From positions 10,974,001 to 11,038,000 of the forward strand of contig NC_043021.1 of NCBI RefSeq assembly GCF_006345805.1: DNA of 64,000 nt. Direction: 5' to 3'. Below are positions 1 to 12,300 of the stretch, piece after piece. This DNA is from Octopus sinensis. Its lineage: Eukaryota. The notes beneath the pieces are model-generated. The model was not told the DNA's origin. It searched no databases and saw only the letters and a list, made by a program, of their open reading frames with translations. Position 1 is the stretch's first letter, and every line of letters begins with the position of its first letter. The position numbers and the translations under genes were made by a program.

Positions 1-175
1 ACACACACATATACACGACGGGCTTCTTTCAGTTTCCGTCTACCAAATCCACTCACAACGCTTTGGTCGGCCCGAGGCTATAGTAGAAGACACTTGCCCA
101 AGGTGCCATGCAGTGGGACTGAACCCGGTACCATATGGTTGGTAAACAAGCTACTTACCATACAGCCACTCGTGC
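1..175 (-). mobile_element. SINE family A (tRNA-derived), 5' half
   Basis: Reverse complement reads GAGTGGCTGTATGGTAAGTAGC (A box)...GGGTTCAGTCCC (B-box-like)...CTATAGCCTCGGGCCGACC; same sequence dispersed many times in the window. Confidence 0.85.
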
Positions 176-193
176 ACATATATATATATATAT

Positions 194-572
194 TTTACTC
201 TTTTACTTGTTTCAGTCATTTGACTGTGCCCATGCTAGAGCACCGCCTTTAGTCGAGCAAATTGACTCCAAGACTTATTCTTTGTAAGCCTAGTACTTAT
301 TCTATCGGTGTATTTTGCCAAACTGCTAAGTTACGGGGACGTAAACACACCAGCATCGGTTGTCAAGCGATGTTGGGGGGACAAACACAGACACACAAAC
401 ACATATATATATACGACAGACTTCTTTTCAGTTTTCGTCTACCAAATCCACTCACAAGGCTTTGGTTGGGTCGAGGCTATAGTAGAAGAAACTTGCTCAA
501 GGTGCCACGCAGTGGGAATGAACCCGGAACCATGTGGTTGGTAAGCAAGCTACTTACCACATAGCCACTCCT
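194..572 (-). mobile_element. SINE family A, near full length
   Basis: tRNA-like head at 500-572, central (GT/AT)n, 3' part ending ...GACTGAAACAAGTAAAAAGAGTAAAA on minus strand. Confidence 0.9.
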
Positions 573-611
573 ATACACATACACACACACATACAAACAC
601 ACACACGCACA

Positions 612-787
612 TATACATATACGATGGGCTTCTACGCAGTTTCCATCTACCAAATTGACTGATAAAGAATTGGTCCCATGGCTATTACAGAAAACACATG
701 CTCCAGGTGCCGCGCCGCGCAGTGGGACTGAACCCAGAACCACACTATTAAAAAGTGAGCTTCTTAACCATTACAGCCATGCCTGCA
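612..787 (-). mobile_element. SINE family A, diverged 5' half
   Basis: CAGTGGGACTGAACCCAGAACC and ACAGCCATGCC match the reversed head. Confidence 0.7.
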
Positions 788-933
788 TGTGTAAAGTTAC
801 TTAAAGTTTTTGTTACACATTGCGCTATAAAAACCATATTTACGAAATAAGATAGTATTAAAAAAATATCCTAAAATCAAACCTAAAATACACAAATAAA
901 CATCAAAATTATTCAAAGCCTTATATATATATA

Positions 934-1446
934 CTAGCAGTATCGCCCGGCGTTGCTCGGGTTTGTAAGGAAAATAACTATATAAGCATTTTTAGAGAGT
1001 TACTTCCCTTATAGATGCCAATTTGGGCTTTCTTAGCCATTTCTGTTTTGGTGTCTTCAAGCCATGAAGTCGTTGTTCTAAAAGAACGCTGGTCTCCTTG
1101 ACAACGCATTATGACGTTGATTTCTTTACACTCCCTTCCCCACAGCTTCACGAGGGAAGGAAGAAGGGGGAGAAGCAAACAGGTGCAGGTGTGACCATGG
1201 ACGCCGACTCCGCCGCCATTGACACACGAAAGATTATGCATTAAAATGGAATAAAAAATTATGTTAAATTATTTTTTAAATCGTAGACTCATCGTTGACG
1301 CGCGCTAATAGCCAGACGGGCTTGATATGAATCACGACTATAAGATACCCGAATTTGGTTAAACTGCACCGCAAAATGTGGGAGGAGTTAGGAATCTAAA
1401 TCGAAGGGGACAGACACTCACACAACTAGAGTTTTATATATATAGA
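934..1446 (-). mobile_element. Non-autonomous Helitron
   Basis: Minus strand begins TC(TATATATATAAAA), ends with hairpin CCCGAGCAACGCCGGG then CGATACTG-CTAG; inserted between A and T with no TSD; homologous copies at 39541 and 40015. Confidence 0.85.
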
Positions 1447-1460
1447 TGTGTGTGTGTGTG

Positions 1461-1492
<32 letters not shown>

Positions 1493-1509
1493 ATATATAT
1501 ATATATATA

Positions 1510-1557
<48 letters not shown>

Positions 1558-1702
1558 ATATATAATATATATGTATGTATATATATATTATATATATATG
1601 TATATATATATATATGTATGTATATATATGTATATATATATATATATTATATATATGTATGTGTGTGTATGTGTGTATGACCATTCCGAAATATAACATA
1701 TG

Positions 1703-1749
<47 letters not shown>

Positions 1750-1788
1750 ATGTATGTGTGTATGACCATTCCGAAATATAACAATATG

Positions 1789-1819
<31 letters not shown>

Positions 1820-1821
1820 AT

Positions 1822-1854
<33 letters not shown>

Positions 1855-1884
1855 GTTTAACGTCCGCTTTCCATGCTAGCATGG

Positions 1885-1919
<35 letters not shown>

Positions 1920-1920
1920 A
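1447..1920. repeat. Compound (TG)n/(TA)n/(CAT)n microsatellite containing a short retroposon 3' tail (1823-1885, minus)
   Basis: Simple repeats; TGACCATTCCGAAATATAACA occurs twice; minus strand reads CCATGCTAGCATGGAAAGCGGACGTTAAAC(GAT)n, a tail also seen at 33264 and 35072. Confidence 0.85.
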
Positions 1921-1929
1921 GAAAATAGT

Positions 1930-2221
1930 AAAAAGTGAAAAAACTACAGAAGGCTTGTTTTAAAAGGTTAAAAAATATATTTTTGAGTCAATATGTCTGA
2001 AGAATGTTATCAATTTTTTTCTTAGAATGACATAGTTTAGAAGAAATGACTGGTTTCGCGTTCAGCTTTTCAAATTTTTGAAAAGCTGAACGCGAAACCG
2101 GTCATTTCTTCTAAACTATGTCATTGTAAGAAAAAAATTGATAACATTCTTCAGACATATTGACTCAAAAATATATTTTTTAACCTTTTAAAACAAGCCT
2201 TCTGTAGTTTTTTCACTTTTT
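1930..2221. repeat. ~290-bp fold-back palindrome, probably Penelope-like inverted terminus
   Basis: Arms 1930-2074 and 2077-2221 are reverse complements with about 2 mismatches; contains GAAACCGGTC, a hammerhead stem-III half motif. Confidence 0.85.
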
Positions 2222-2269
2222 TCTATATATTCAACCACATACTTTCACAAACCAACTTTCTCATCTATA

Positions 2270-2324
<55 letters not shown>

Positions 2325-2325
<1 letters not shown>

Positions 2326-2745
2326 GGTCCCGGGTTGAGTCGGGGTTAACCACAGTAAATAAGGTACTCAATACATAGCAGAGTAAATAAATTTATTTTG
2401 TAGAAGGAGCTTCTACGGAACTAGAACTGTTTCATTCAAAAGAAATCATCAGGAAGCTTGCTGTCAAAATAAGTCTTGGCATTTATACATTTAGGCAGAT
2501 TTAATGGGATGGTGGTGGGGGACATTTTCTGGGTAAGCAGGGCACAAGCTTTCTTTCTTAGGGGAGTGGTCAAGAGAGTCAGTGATAAAGTAAATAAATA
2601 AATGAATAAATAGAATTATTGAATAGAGTTTTAGATAAATTAGAAGACTATGGCTTTTAGTCAGTTTGTTGTTGTGGGGGGAAGAAGTAGATAAGTATAC
2701 ATAAAAGAACATATAAAATAAAAACAAAAATAAATATACTTACAA
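2325..2745 (-). mobile_element. Penelope-like element terminal repeat remnant
   Basis: Carries a minimal hammerhead (2408-2458) and lies between (TA)n tracts. Confidence 0.55.
2408..2458 (-). ncRNA. Minimal type I hammerhead ribozyme
   Basis: Minus strand: AGCTTC-CTGATGA-TTTC TTTT GAAT-GAAAC-AGTTCTAGTTCC-GTA-GAAGCT; stem I AGCTTC/GAAGCT, CUGAUGA and GAAA cores, GUA site. Confidence 0.7.
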
Positions 2746-2840
2746 ACCCACACACACATACATACATACACATACACATACGTACATGCACACATATATG
2801 CAGACACACATATATACAAATACATATACATGCCAACAAA

Positions 2841-2878
<38 letters not shown>

Positions 2879-2948
2879 GTATGTATGTATGTATGTATGT
2901 ATATATATATGTATATATATGTATGTATATATATGTATATATATGTAT

Positions 2949-3007
<59 letters not shown>

Positions 3008-3022
3008 GTATATATATGTATA

Positions 3023-3068
<46 letters not shown>

Positions 3069-3086
3069 ATAATATATATATATATA
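2746..3086. repeat. (CA)n/(TA)n/(TATG)n microsatellite
   Basis: Simple repeats; source of the spurious YIYI ORFs. Confidence 0.95.
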
Positions 3087-3360
3087 CGAACGTCTTTTTA
3101 ATAATAGTAGTAATAAAATCATATTTCTTAGAGAACAGGATCAAATTTATTGCACCACATAAATTCAGTAGGGATTGTACATAACAAATGGAAATGAAAG
3201 TAATTATACTGAAAGTCTATATTCCCTTACGTCAGACAGACATAAGAAAAAAGACGCCTATTACTTTATTCATGTCCAGAAAACGCATTGTCGTCTAAAT
3301 ATTAGTTCAACAGTTATGTCACATATACACGTGTTGCAACTCATAATACAGAGATGTCTT

Positions 3361-6300
3361 GAAAGAAATTGGATGCCATTATTTTTTAAGGATGTGGCTG
3401 TGTGGTAAGAAGCTTGCTTCCCGACCACATGGTTCCGGGTTCAGTCCCATTGCGGGACAACTTTGGCCAGGTGTCTTCTACTATAGCCGTGGGGCCGACC
3501 AAAGCACTGTGGGTGAATTTGATAGATGGAAGCTGAATGAAAGTGGACGCCCTTGTTTTTGAACGATGTGGCTGTGTGGTAAGAAGCTTCTTTCCCGATC
3601 ACATGGTTCCGGGTTCGGTCCCATTGCGGGACAACTTTGGCAAGGTTTCTTCTACTATAGCCATGGGGCCGACCAAAGCACTGTGGGTGAATTTGATAGA
3701 TGGAAGCTGAATGAAAGTGGACGCCCTTGTTTTTGAACGATGTGGCTGTGTGGTAAGAAGCTTCTTTCCCGATCACATGGTTCCGGGTTCGGTCCCATTG
3801 CGGGACAACTTTGGCAAGGTTTCTTCTACTATAGCCGTGGGGCCGACCAAAGCACTGTGGGTGAATTTGATAGATGGAAGCTGAAAGAAAATTGACGCCC
3901 TTGTTTTTGGACGATGTGGCTGTGTGGTAAGAAGCTTCTTTCCCGATCACATGGTTCTGGGTTCGGTCCCATTGCGGGACAACTTTGGCCAGGTGTCTTC
4001 TACTATAGCCGTGGGGCCGACCAAAGCACTGTGGGTGAATTTGATAGATGGAAGCTGAAAGAAAATTGACGCCATTGTTTTTGAACGATGTGGCTGTGTG
4101 GTAAGAAGCTTCTTCCCGATCACATGGTTCTGGGTTCGGTCCCATTGCGGGACAACTTTGGCCAGGTGTCTTCTACTATAGCCGTGGGGCCGACCAAAGC
4201 ACTGTGGGTGAATTTGATAGATGGAAGCTGAATGAAAGTGGACGCCCTTGTTTTTGAACGATGTGGCTGTGTGGTAAGAAGCTTCTTTCCCGATCACATG
4301 GTTCCGGGTTCGGTCCCATTGCGGGACAACTTTGGCCAGGTGTCTTCTACTATAGCCGTGGGGCCGACCAAAGCACTGTGGGTGAATTTGATAGATGGAA
4401 GCTGAAAGAAAATTGACGCCATTGTTTTTGAACGATGTGGCTGTGTGGTAAGAAGCTTCTTTCCCGATCACATGGTTCTGGTTCGGTCCCATTGCGGGAC
4501 AACTTTGGCCAGGTGTCTTCTACTATAGCCGTGGGCCGACCAAAGCACTGTGGGTGAATTTGATAGATGGAAGCTGAATGAAAGTGGACGCCCTTGTTTT
4601 TGAACGATGTGGCTGTGTGGTAAGAAGCCTGCTTCCCGATCACATGGTTCCGGGTTCGGCCCCATTGCGGGACAACTTTGGCCAGGTGTCTTCTACTATA
4701 GCCGTGGGGCCGACCAAAGCACTGTGGGTGAATTTGATAGATGGAAGCTGAATGAAAGTGGACGCCCTTGTTTTTGAACGATGTGGCTGTGTGGTAAGAA
4801 GCTTCTTTCCCGATCACATGGTTCCGGGTTCAATCCCATTGCGGGACAACTTTGGCCAGGTGTCTTCTACTATAGCCGTGGGGCCGACCAAAGCACTGTG
4901 GGTGAATTTGATAGATGGAAGCTGAAAGAAAATTGACGCCATTGTTTTTGAACGATGTGGCTGTGTGGTAAGAAGCTTCTTTCCCGATCACATGGTTCTG
5001 GGTTCGGTCCCATTGCGGGACAACTTTGGCCAGGTGTCTTCTACTATAGCCGTGGGGCCGACCAAAGCACTGTGGGTGAATTTGATAGATGGAAGCTGAA
5101 TGAAAGTGGACGCCCTTGTTTTTGAACGATGTGGCTGTGTGGTAAGAAGCTTCTTTCCCGATCACATGGTTCCAGGTTCGGTCCCATTGCGGGACAACTT
5201 TGGCCAGGTGTCTTCTACTATAGCCGTGGGGCCGACCAAAGCACTGTGGGTGAATGTGATAGATGGAAGCTGAAAGAAAATTGACGCCATTGTTTTTGAA
5301 TGATGTGGCTGTGTGGTAAGAAGCTTCTTTCCCGATCACATGGTTCCAGGTTCGGTCCCATTGCGGGACAACTTTGGCCAGGTGTCTTCTACTATAGCCG
5401 TGGGGCCGACCAAAGCACTGTGGGTGAATTTGATAGATGGAAGCTGAATGAAAGTGGACGCCCTTGTTTTTGAACGATGTGGCTGTGTGGTAAGAAGCTT
5501 CTTTCCCGATCACATGGTTCCGGGTTCGGTCCCATTGCGGGACAACTTTGGCCAGGTGTCTTCTACTATAGCCGTGGGGCCGACCAAAGCACTGTGGGTG
5601 AATTGATAGATGGAAGCTGAAAGAAAATTGACGCCATTGTTTTTGAACGATGTGGCTGTGTGGTAAGAAGCTTCTTTCCCGATCACATGGTTCTGGGTTC
5701 GGTCCCATTGCGGGACAACTTTGGCCAGGTGTCTTCTACTATAGCCGTGGGGCCGACCAAAGCACTGTGGGTGAATTTGATAGATGGAAGCTGAATGAAA
5801 GTGGACGCCCTTGTTTTTGAACGATGTGGCTGTGTGGTAAGAAGCTTCTTTCCCGATCACATGGTTCCGGGTTCGGTCCCATTGCGGGACAACTTTGGCC
5901 AGGTGCCTTCTACTATAGCCGTGGGGCCGAGCAAAGCACTGTGGGTGAATTTGATAGATGGAAGCTGAAAGAAAATTGACGCCATTGTTTTTGAACGATG
6001 TGGCTGTGTGGTAAGAAGCTTCTTTCCCGATCACATGGTTCTGGGTTCGGTCCCATTGCGGGACAACTTTAGCCAGGTGTCTTCTACTATAGCCGTGGGG
6101 CCGACCAAAGCACTGTGGGTGAATTTGATAGATGGAAGCTGAATGAAAGTGGACGCCCTTGTTTTTGAACGATGTGGCTGTGTGGTAAGAAGCCTGCTTC
6201 CTGATCACATGGTTCCGGGTTCGGTCCCATTGCGGGACAACTTTGGCCAGTTGTCTTCTACTATAGCCGTGGGGCCGACCAAAGCACTGTGGGTGAATTT

Positions 6301-9300
6301 GATAGATGGAAGCTGAAAGAAAATTGACGCCATTGTTTTTGAACGATGTGGCTGTGTGGTAAGAAGCTTCTTTCCCGATCACATGGTTCTGGGTTCGGTC
6401 CCATTGCGGGACAACTTTGGCCAGGTGTCTTCTACTATAGCCGTGGGGCCGACCAAAGCACTGTGGGTGAATTTGATAGATGGAAGCTGAATGAAAGTGG
6501 ACGCCATTGTTTTTGAACGATGTGGCTGTGTGGTAAGAAGCCTGCTTCCTGATCACATGGTTCCGGGTTCGGTCCCATTGCGGGACAACTTTGGCCAGGT
6601 GTCTTCTACTATAGCCGTGGGACCGACCAAAGCACTGTGGGTGAATTTGATAGATGGAAGCTGAATGAAAGTGGATGCCATTGTTTTTGAACGATGTGGC
6701 TGTGTGGTAAGAAGCTTCTTTCCCGATCACATGGTTCCGGGTTCGGTCCCATTGTGGGACAACTTTGGCCAGGTGTCTTCTACTATAGCCGTGGGGCCGA
6801 CCAAAGCACTGTGGGTGAATTTGATAGATGGAAGCTGAAAGAAAATTGACGCCCTTGTTTTTGAACGATGTGGCTGTGTGGTAAGAAGCTTCTTTCCCGA
6901 TCACATGGTTCCGGGTTCGGTCCCATTGCGGGACAACTTTGGCCAGGTGTCTTCTACTATAGCCGTGGGGCCGACCAAAGCACTGTGGGTGAATTTGATA
7001 GATGGAAGCTGAAAGAAAATTGACGCCCTTGTTTTTGAACGATGTGGCTGTGTGGTAAGAAGCTTCTTTCCCGATCACATGGTTCCGGGTTCGGTCCCAT
7101 TGCGGGACAACTTTGGCCAGGTGTCTTCTACTATAGCCGTGGGGCCGACCAAAGCACTGTGGGTGAATTTGATAGATGGAAGCTGAAAGAAAATTGATGC
7201 CATTGTTTTTGAACGATGTGGCTGTGTGGTAAGAAGCTTCTTTCCCGATCACATGGTTCTGGGTTCGGTCCCATTGCGGGACAACTTTGGCAAGGTTTCT
7301 TCTACTATAGCCATGGGGCCGACCAAAGCACTGTGGGTGAATTTGATAGATGGAAGCTGAATGAAAGTGGACGCCCTTGTTTTTGAACGATGTGGCTGTG
7401 TGGTAAGAAGCTTCTTCCCGATCACATGGTTCCGGTTCGGTCCCATTGCGGGACAACTTTGGCCAGGGGTCTTCTACTATAGCCGTGGGGCCGACCAAAG
7501 CACTGTGGGTGAATTTGATAGATGGAAGCTGAAAGAAAATTGACGCCATTGTTTTTGAACGATGTGGCTGTGTGGTAAGAAGCTTCTTTCCCGATCACAT
7601 GGTTCTGGATTCGGTCCCATTGCGGGACAACTTTGGCCAGGTGTCTTCTACTATAGCCGTGGGCCGACCAAAGCACTGTGGGTGAATTTGATAGATGGAA
7701 GCTGAATGAAAGTGGACGCCCTGTTTTTGAACGATGTGGCTGTGTGGTAAGAAGCCTGCTTCCTGATCACATGGTTCTGGGTTCGGTCCCATTGCGGGAC
7801 AACTTTGGCCAGGTGTCTTCTACTATAGCCGTGGGGCCGACCAAAGCACTGTGGGTGAATTTGATAGATGGAAGCTGAATGAAAGTGGACGCCCTTGTTT
7901 TTGAACGATGTGGCTGTGTGGTAAGAAGCTTCTTTCCCGATCACATGGTTCTGGGTTCGGTCCCATTGCGGGACAACTTTGGCAAGGTTTCTTCTACTAT
8001 AGCCGTGGGGCCGACCAAAGCACTGTGGGTGAATTTGATAGATGGAAGCTGAAAGAAAATTGACGCCATTGTTTTTGAACGATGTGGCTGTGTGGTAAGA
8101 AGCTTCTTTCCCGATCACATGGTTCTGGGTTCGGTCCCATTGCGGGACAACTTTGGCCAGGTGCCTTCTACTATAGCCGTGGGGCCGACCAAAGCACTGT
8201 GCGTGAATTTGATAGATGGAAGCTGAATGAAAGTGGACGCCATTGTTTTTGAACGATGTGGCTGTGTGGTAAGAAGCTTCTTTCCCGATCACATGGTTCT
8301 GGGTTCGGTCCCATTGCGGGACAACTTTGGCCAGGTGTCTTCTACTATAGCCGTGGGGCCGACCAAAGCACTGTGGGTGAATTTGATAGATGGAAGCTGA
8401 ATGAAAGTGGACGCCATTGTTTTTGAACGATGTGGCTGCGTGGTAAGAAGCTTCTTTCCCGATCACATGGTTCTGGGTTCGGTCCCATTGCGGGACAACT
8501 TTGGCAAGGTTTCTTCTACTATAGCCGTGGGGCCGACCAAAGCACTGTGGGTGAATTTGATAGATGGAAGCTGAATGAAAGTGGACGCCAATGTTTTTGA
8601 ACGATGTGGCTGTGTGGTAAGAAGCTTCTTTCCCGATCACATGGTTCTGGGTTCGGTCCCATTGCGGGACAACTTTGGCAAGGTTTCTTCTACTATAGCC
8701 GTGGGGCCGACCAAAGCACTGTGGGTGAATTTGATAGATGGAAGCTGAATGAAAGTGGACGCCAATGTTTTTGAACGATGTGGCTGTGTGGTAAGAAGCT
8801 TCTTTCCCGATCACATGGTTCTGGGTTCGGTCCCATTGCGGGACAACTTTGGCCAGGTGTCTTCTACTATAGCCGTGGGGCCGACCAAAGCACTGTGGGT
8901 GAATTTGATAGATGGAAGCTGAATGAAAGTGGACGCCCTTGTTTTTGAACGATGTGGCTGTGTGGTAAGAAGCCTGCTTCCTGATCACATGGTTCCGGGT
9001 TCGGTCCCATTGCGGGACAACTTTGGCCAGGTGTCTTCTACTATAGCCGTGGGGCCGACCAAGGCACTGTGGGTGAATTTGATAGATGGAAGCTGAATGA
9101 AAGTGACGCCCTTGTTTTTGAACGATGTGGCTGTGTGGTAAGAAGCCTGCTTCCTGATCACATGGTTCTGGTTCGGTCCCATTGCGGGACAACTTTGGCC
9201 AGTGTCTTCTACTATAGCTGGGGCCGACCAAAGCACTGTGGGTGAATTTGATAGATGGAAGCTGAATGAAAGTGGACGCCCTTGTTTTTGAACGATGTGG

Positions 9301-12300
9301 CTGTGTGGTAAGAAGCCTGCTTCCTGATCACATGGTTCTGGGTTCGGTCCCATTGCGGGACAACTTTGGCAAGGTTTCTTCTACTATAGCCGTGGGGCCG
9401 ACCAAAGCACTGTGGGTGAATTTGATAGATGGAAGCTGAAAGAAAATTGACGCCCTTGTTTTTGAACGATGTGGCTGTGTGGTAAGAAGCCTGCTTCCTG
9501 ATCACATGGTTCCGGGTTCGGTCCCATTGCGGGACAACTTTGGCCAGGTGTCTTCTACTATAGCCGTGGGGCCGACCAAAGCACTGTGGGTGAATTTGAT
9601 AGATGGAAGCTGAATGAAAGTGGACGCCCTTGTTTTTGAACGATGTGGCTGTGTGGTAAGAAGCCTGCTTCCTGATCACATGGTTCTGGGTTCGGTCCCA
9701 CTGCGGGACAACTTTGGCCAGGTGTCTTCTACTATAGCCGTGGGGCCGACCAAAGCACTGTGGGTGAATTTGATAGATGGAAGCTGAATGAAAGTGGACG
9801 CCCTTGTTTTTGAACGATGTGGCTGTGTGGTAAGAAGCCTGCTTCCTGATCACATGGTTCTGGGTTCGGTCCCATTGCGGGACAACTTTGGCCAGGTGTC
9901 TTCTACTATAGCCGTGGGGCCGACCAAAGCACTGTGGGTGAATTTGATAGATGGAAGCTGAAAGAAAATTGACGCCCTTGTTTTTGAACGATGTGGCTGT
10001 GTGGTAAGAAGCTTCTTTCCCGATCACATGGTTCCGGTTCAATCCCATTGCGGGACAACTTTGGCCAGGTGTCTTCTACTATACTAGCCGTGGGGCCGAC
10101 CAAAGCACTGTGGGTGAATTTGATAGATGGAAGCTGAAGGAAAATTGACGCCATTGTTTTTGAACGATGTGGCTGTGTGGTAAGAAGCTTCTTTCCCGAT
10201 CACATGGTTCTGGGTTCGGTCCCATTGCGGGACAACTTTGGCCAGGTGTCTTCTACTATAGCCGTGGGGCCGACCAAAGCACTGTGGGTGAATTTGATAG
10301 ATGGAAGCTGAATGAAAGTGGACGCCCTTGTTTTTGAACGATGTGGCTGTGTGGTAAGAAGCTTCTTTCCCGATCACATGGTTCCAGGTTCGGTCCCATT
10401 GCGGGACAACTTTGGCCAGGTGTCTTCTCTACTATAGCCGTGGGGCCGACCAAAGCACTGTGGGTGAATGTGATAGATGGAAGCTGAAAGAAAATTGACG
10501 CCATTGTTTTTGAATGATGTGGCTGTGTGGTAAGAAGCTTCTTTCCCGATCACATGGTTCTGGGTTCGGTCCCATTGCGGGACAACTTTGGCCAGGTGTC
10601 TTCTACTATAGCCGTGGGGCCGACCAAAGCACTGTGGGTGAATTTGATAGATGGAAGCTGAATGAAAGTGGACGCCCTTGTTTTTGAACGATGTGGCTGT
10701 GTGGTAAGAAGCCTGCTTCCTGATCACATGGTTCTGGGTTCGGTCCCATTGCGGGACAACTTTGGCCAGGTGTCTTCTACTATAGCCGTGGGGCCGACCA
10801 AAGCACTGTGGGTGAATTTGATAGATGGAAGCTGAATGAAAGTGGACGCCCTTGTTTTTGAACGATGTGGCTGTGTGGTAAGAAGCTTCTTTCCCGATCA
10901 CATGGTTCTGGGTTCGGTCCCATTGCGGGACAACTTTGGCAAGGTTTCTTCTACTATAGCCGTGGGGCCGACCAAAGCACTGTGGGTGAATTTGATAGAT
11001 GGAAGCTGAAAGAAAATTGACGCCATTGTTTTTGAACGATGTGGCTGTGTGGTAAGAAGCTTCTTTCCCGATCACATGGTTCTGGGTTCGGTCCCATTGC
11101 GGGACAACTTTGGCCAGGTTCTTCTACTATAGCCGTGGGCCGACCAAAGCACTGTGGGTGAATTTGATAGATGGAAGCTGAATGAAAGTGGACGCCATTG
11201 TTTTTGAACGATGTGGCTGTGTGGTAAGAAGCTTCTTTCCCGATCACATGGTTCTGGGTTCGGTCCCATTGCGGGACAACTTTGGCCAGGTGTCTTCTAC
11301 TATAGCCGTGGGGCCGACCAAAGCACTGTGGGTGAATTTGATAGATGGAAGCTGAATGAAAGTGGACGCCATTGTTTTTGAACGATGTGGCTGTGTGGTA
11401 AGAAGCGTCTTTCCCGATCACATGGTTCTGGGTTCGGTCCCATTGCGGGACAACTTTGGCCAGGTGTCTTCTACTATAGCCGTGGGGCCGACCAAAGCAC
11501 TGTGGGTGAATTTGATAGATGGAAGCTGAATGAAAGTGGACGCCCTTGTTTTTGAACGATGTGGCTGTGTGGTAAGAAGCCTGCTTCCTGATCACATGGT
11601 TCCGGGTTCGGTCCCATTGCGGGACAACTTTGGCCAGGTGTCTTCTACTATAGCCGTGGGGCCGACCAAAGCACTGTGGGTGAATTTGATAGATGGAAGC
11701 TGAATGAAAGTGGACGCCCTTGTTTTTGAACGATGTGGCTGTGTGGTAAGAAGCCTGCTTCCTGATCACATGGTTCTGGGTTCGGTCCCATTGCGGGACA
11801 ACTTTGGCCAGGTGTCTTCTACTATAGCCGTGGGGCCGACCAAAGCACTGTGGGTGAATTTGATAGATGGAAGCTGAATGAAAGTGGACGCCCTTGTTTT
11901 TGAACGATATGGCTGTGTGGTAAGAAGCCTGCTTCCTGATCACATGGTTCTGGGTTCGGTCCCATTGCGGGACAACTTTGGCAAGGTTTCTTCTACTATA
12001 GCCGTGGGGCCGACCAAAGCACTGTGGGTGAATTTGATAGATGGAAGCTGAAAGAAAATTGACGCCCTTGTTTTTGAACGATGTGGCTGTGTGGTAAGAA
12101 ACCTGCTTCCTGATCACATGGTTCCGGGTTCGGTCCCATTGCGGGACAACTTTGGCCAGGTGTCTTCTACTATAGCCGTGGGGCCGACCAAAGCACTGTG
12201 GGTGAATTTGATGGATGGAAGCTGAATGAAAGTGGACGCCCTTGTTTTTGAACGATGTGCCTGTGTGGTAAGAAGCCTGCTTCCTGATCACATGGTTCTG

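Noticed and set aside
1378-3184. [12 protein letters not shown] ORFs here and at 31.5, 33.4, 36.6-37.4, 38.6, 41.0 and 49.5 kb
   Set aside because: Translations of dinucleotide and trinucleotide microsatellites
3391-3470. Tandem tRNA gene cluster
   Set aside because: Only A/B-box remnants; no clean acceptor stem or cloverleaf, and the sequence continues into SINE body
3530-3545. Hammerhead ribozyme in the satellite unit (as in newt satellite 2)
   Set aside because: CTGAATGA and CTGAAAGA do not fit CUGANGA, and no stem II-GAAA-stem III arrangement follows
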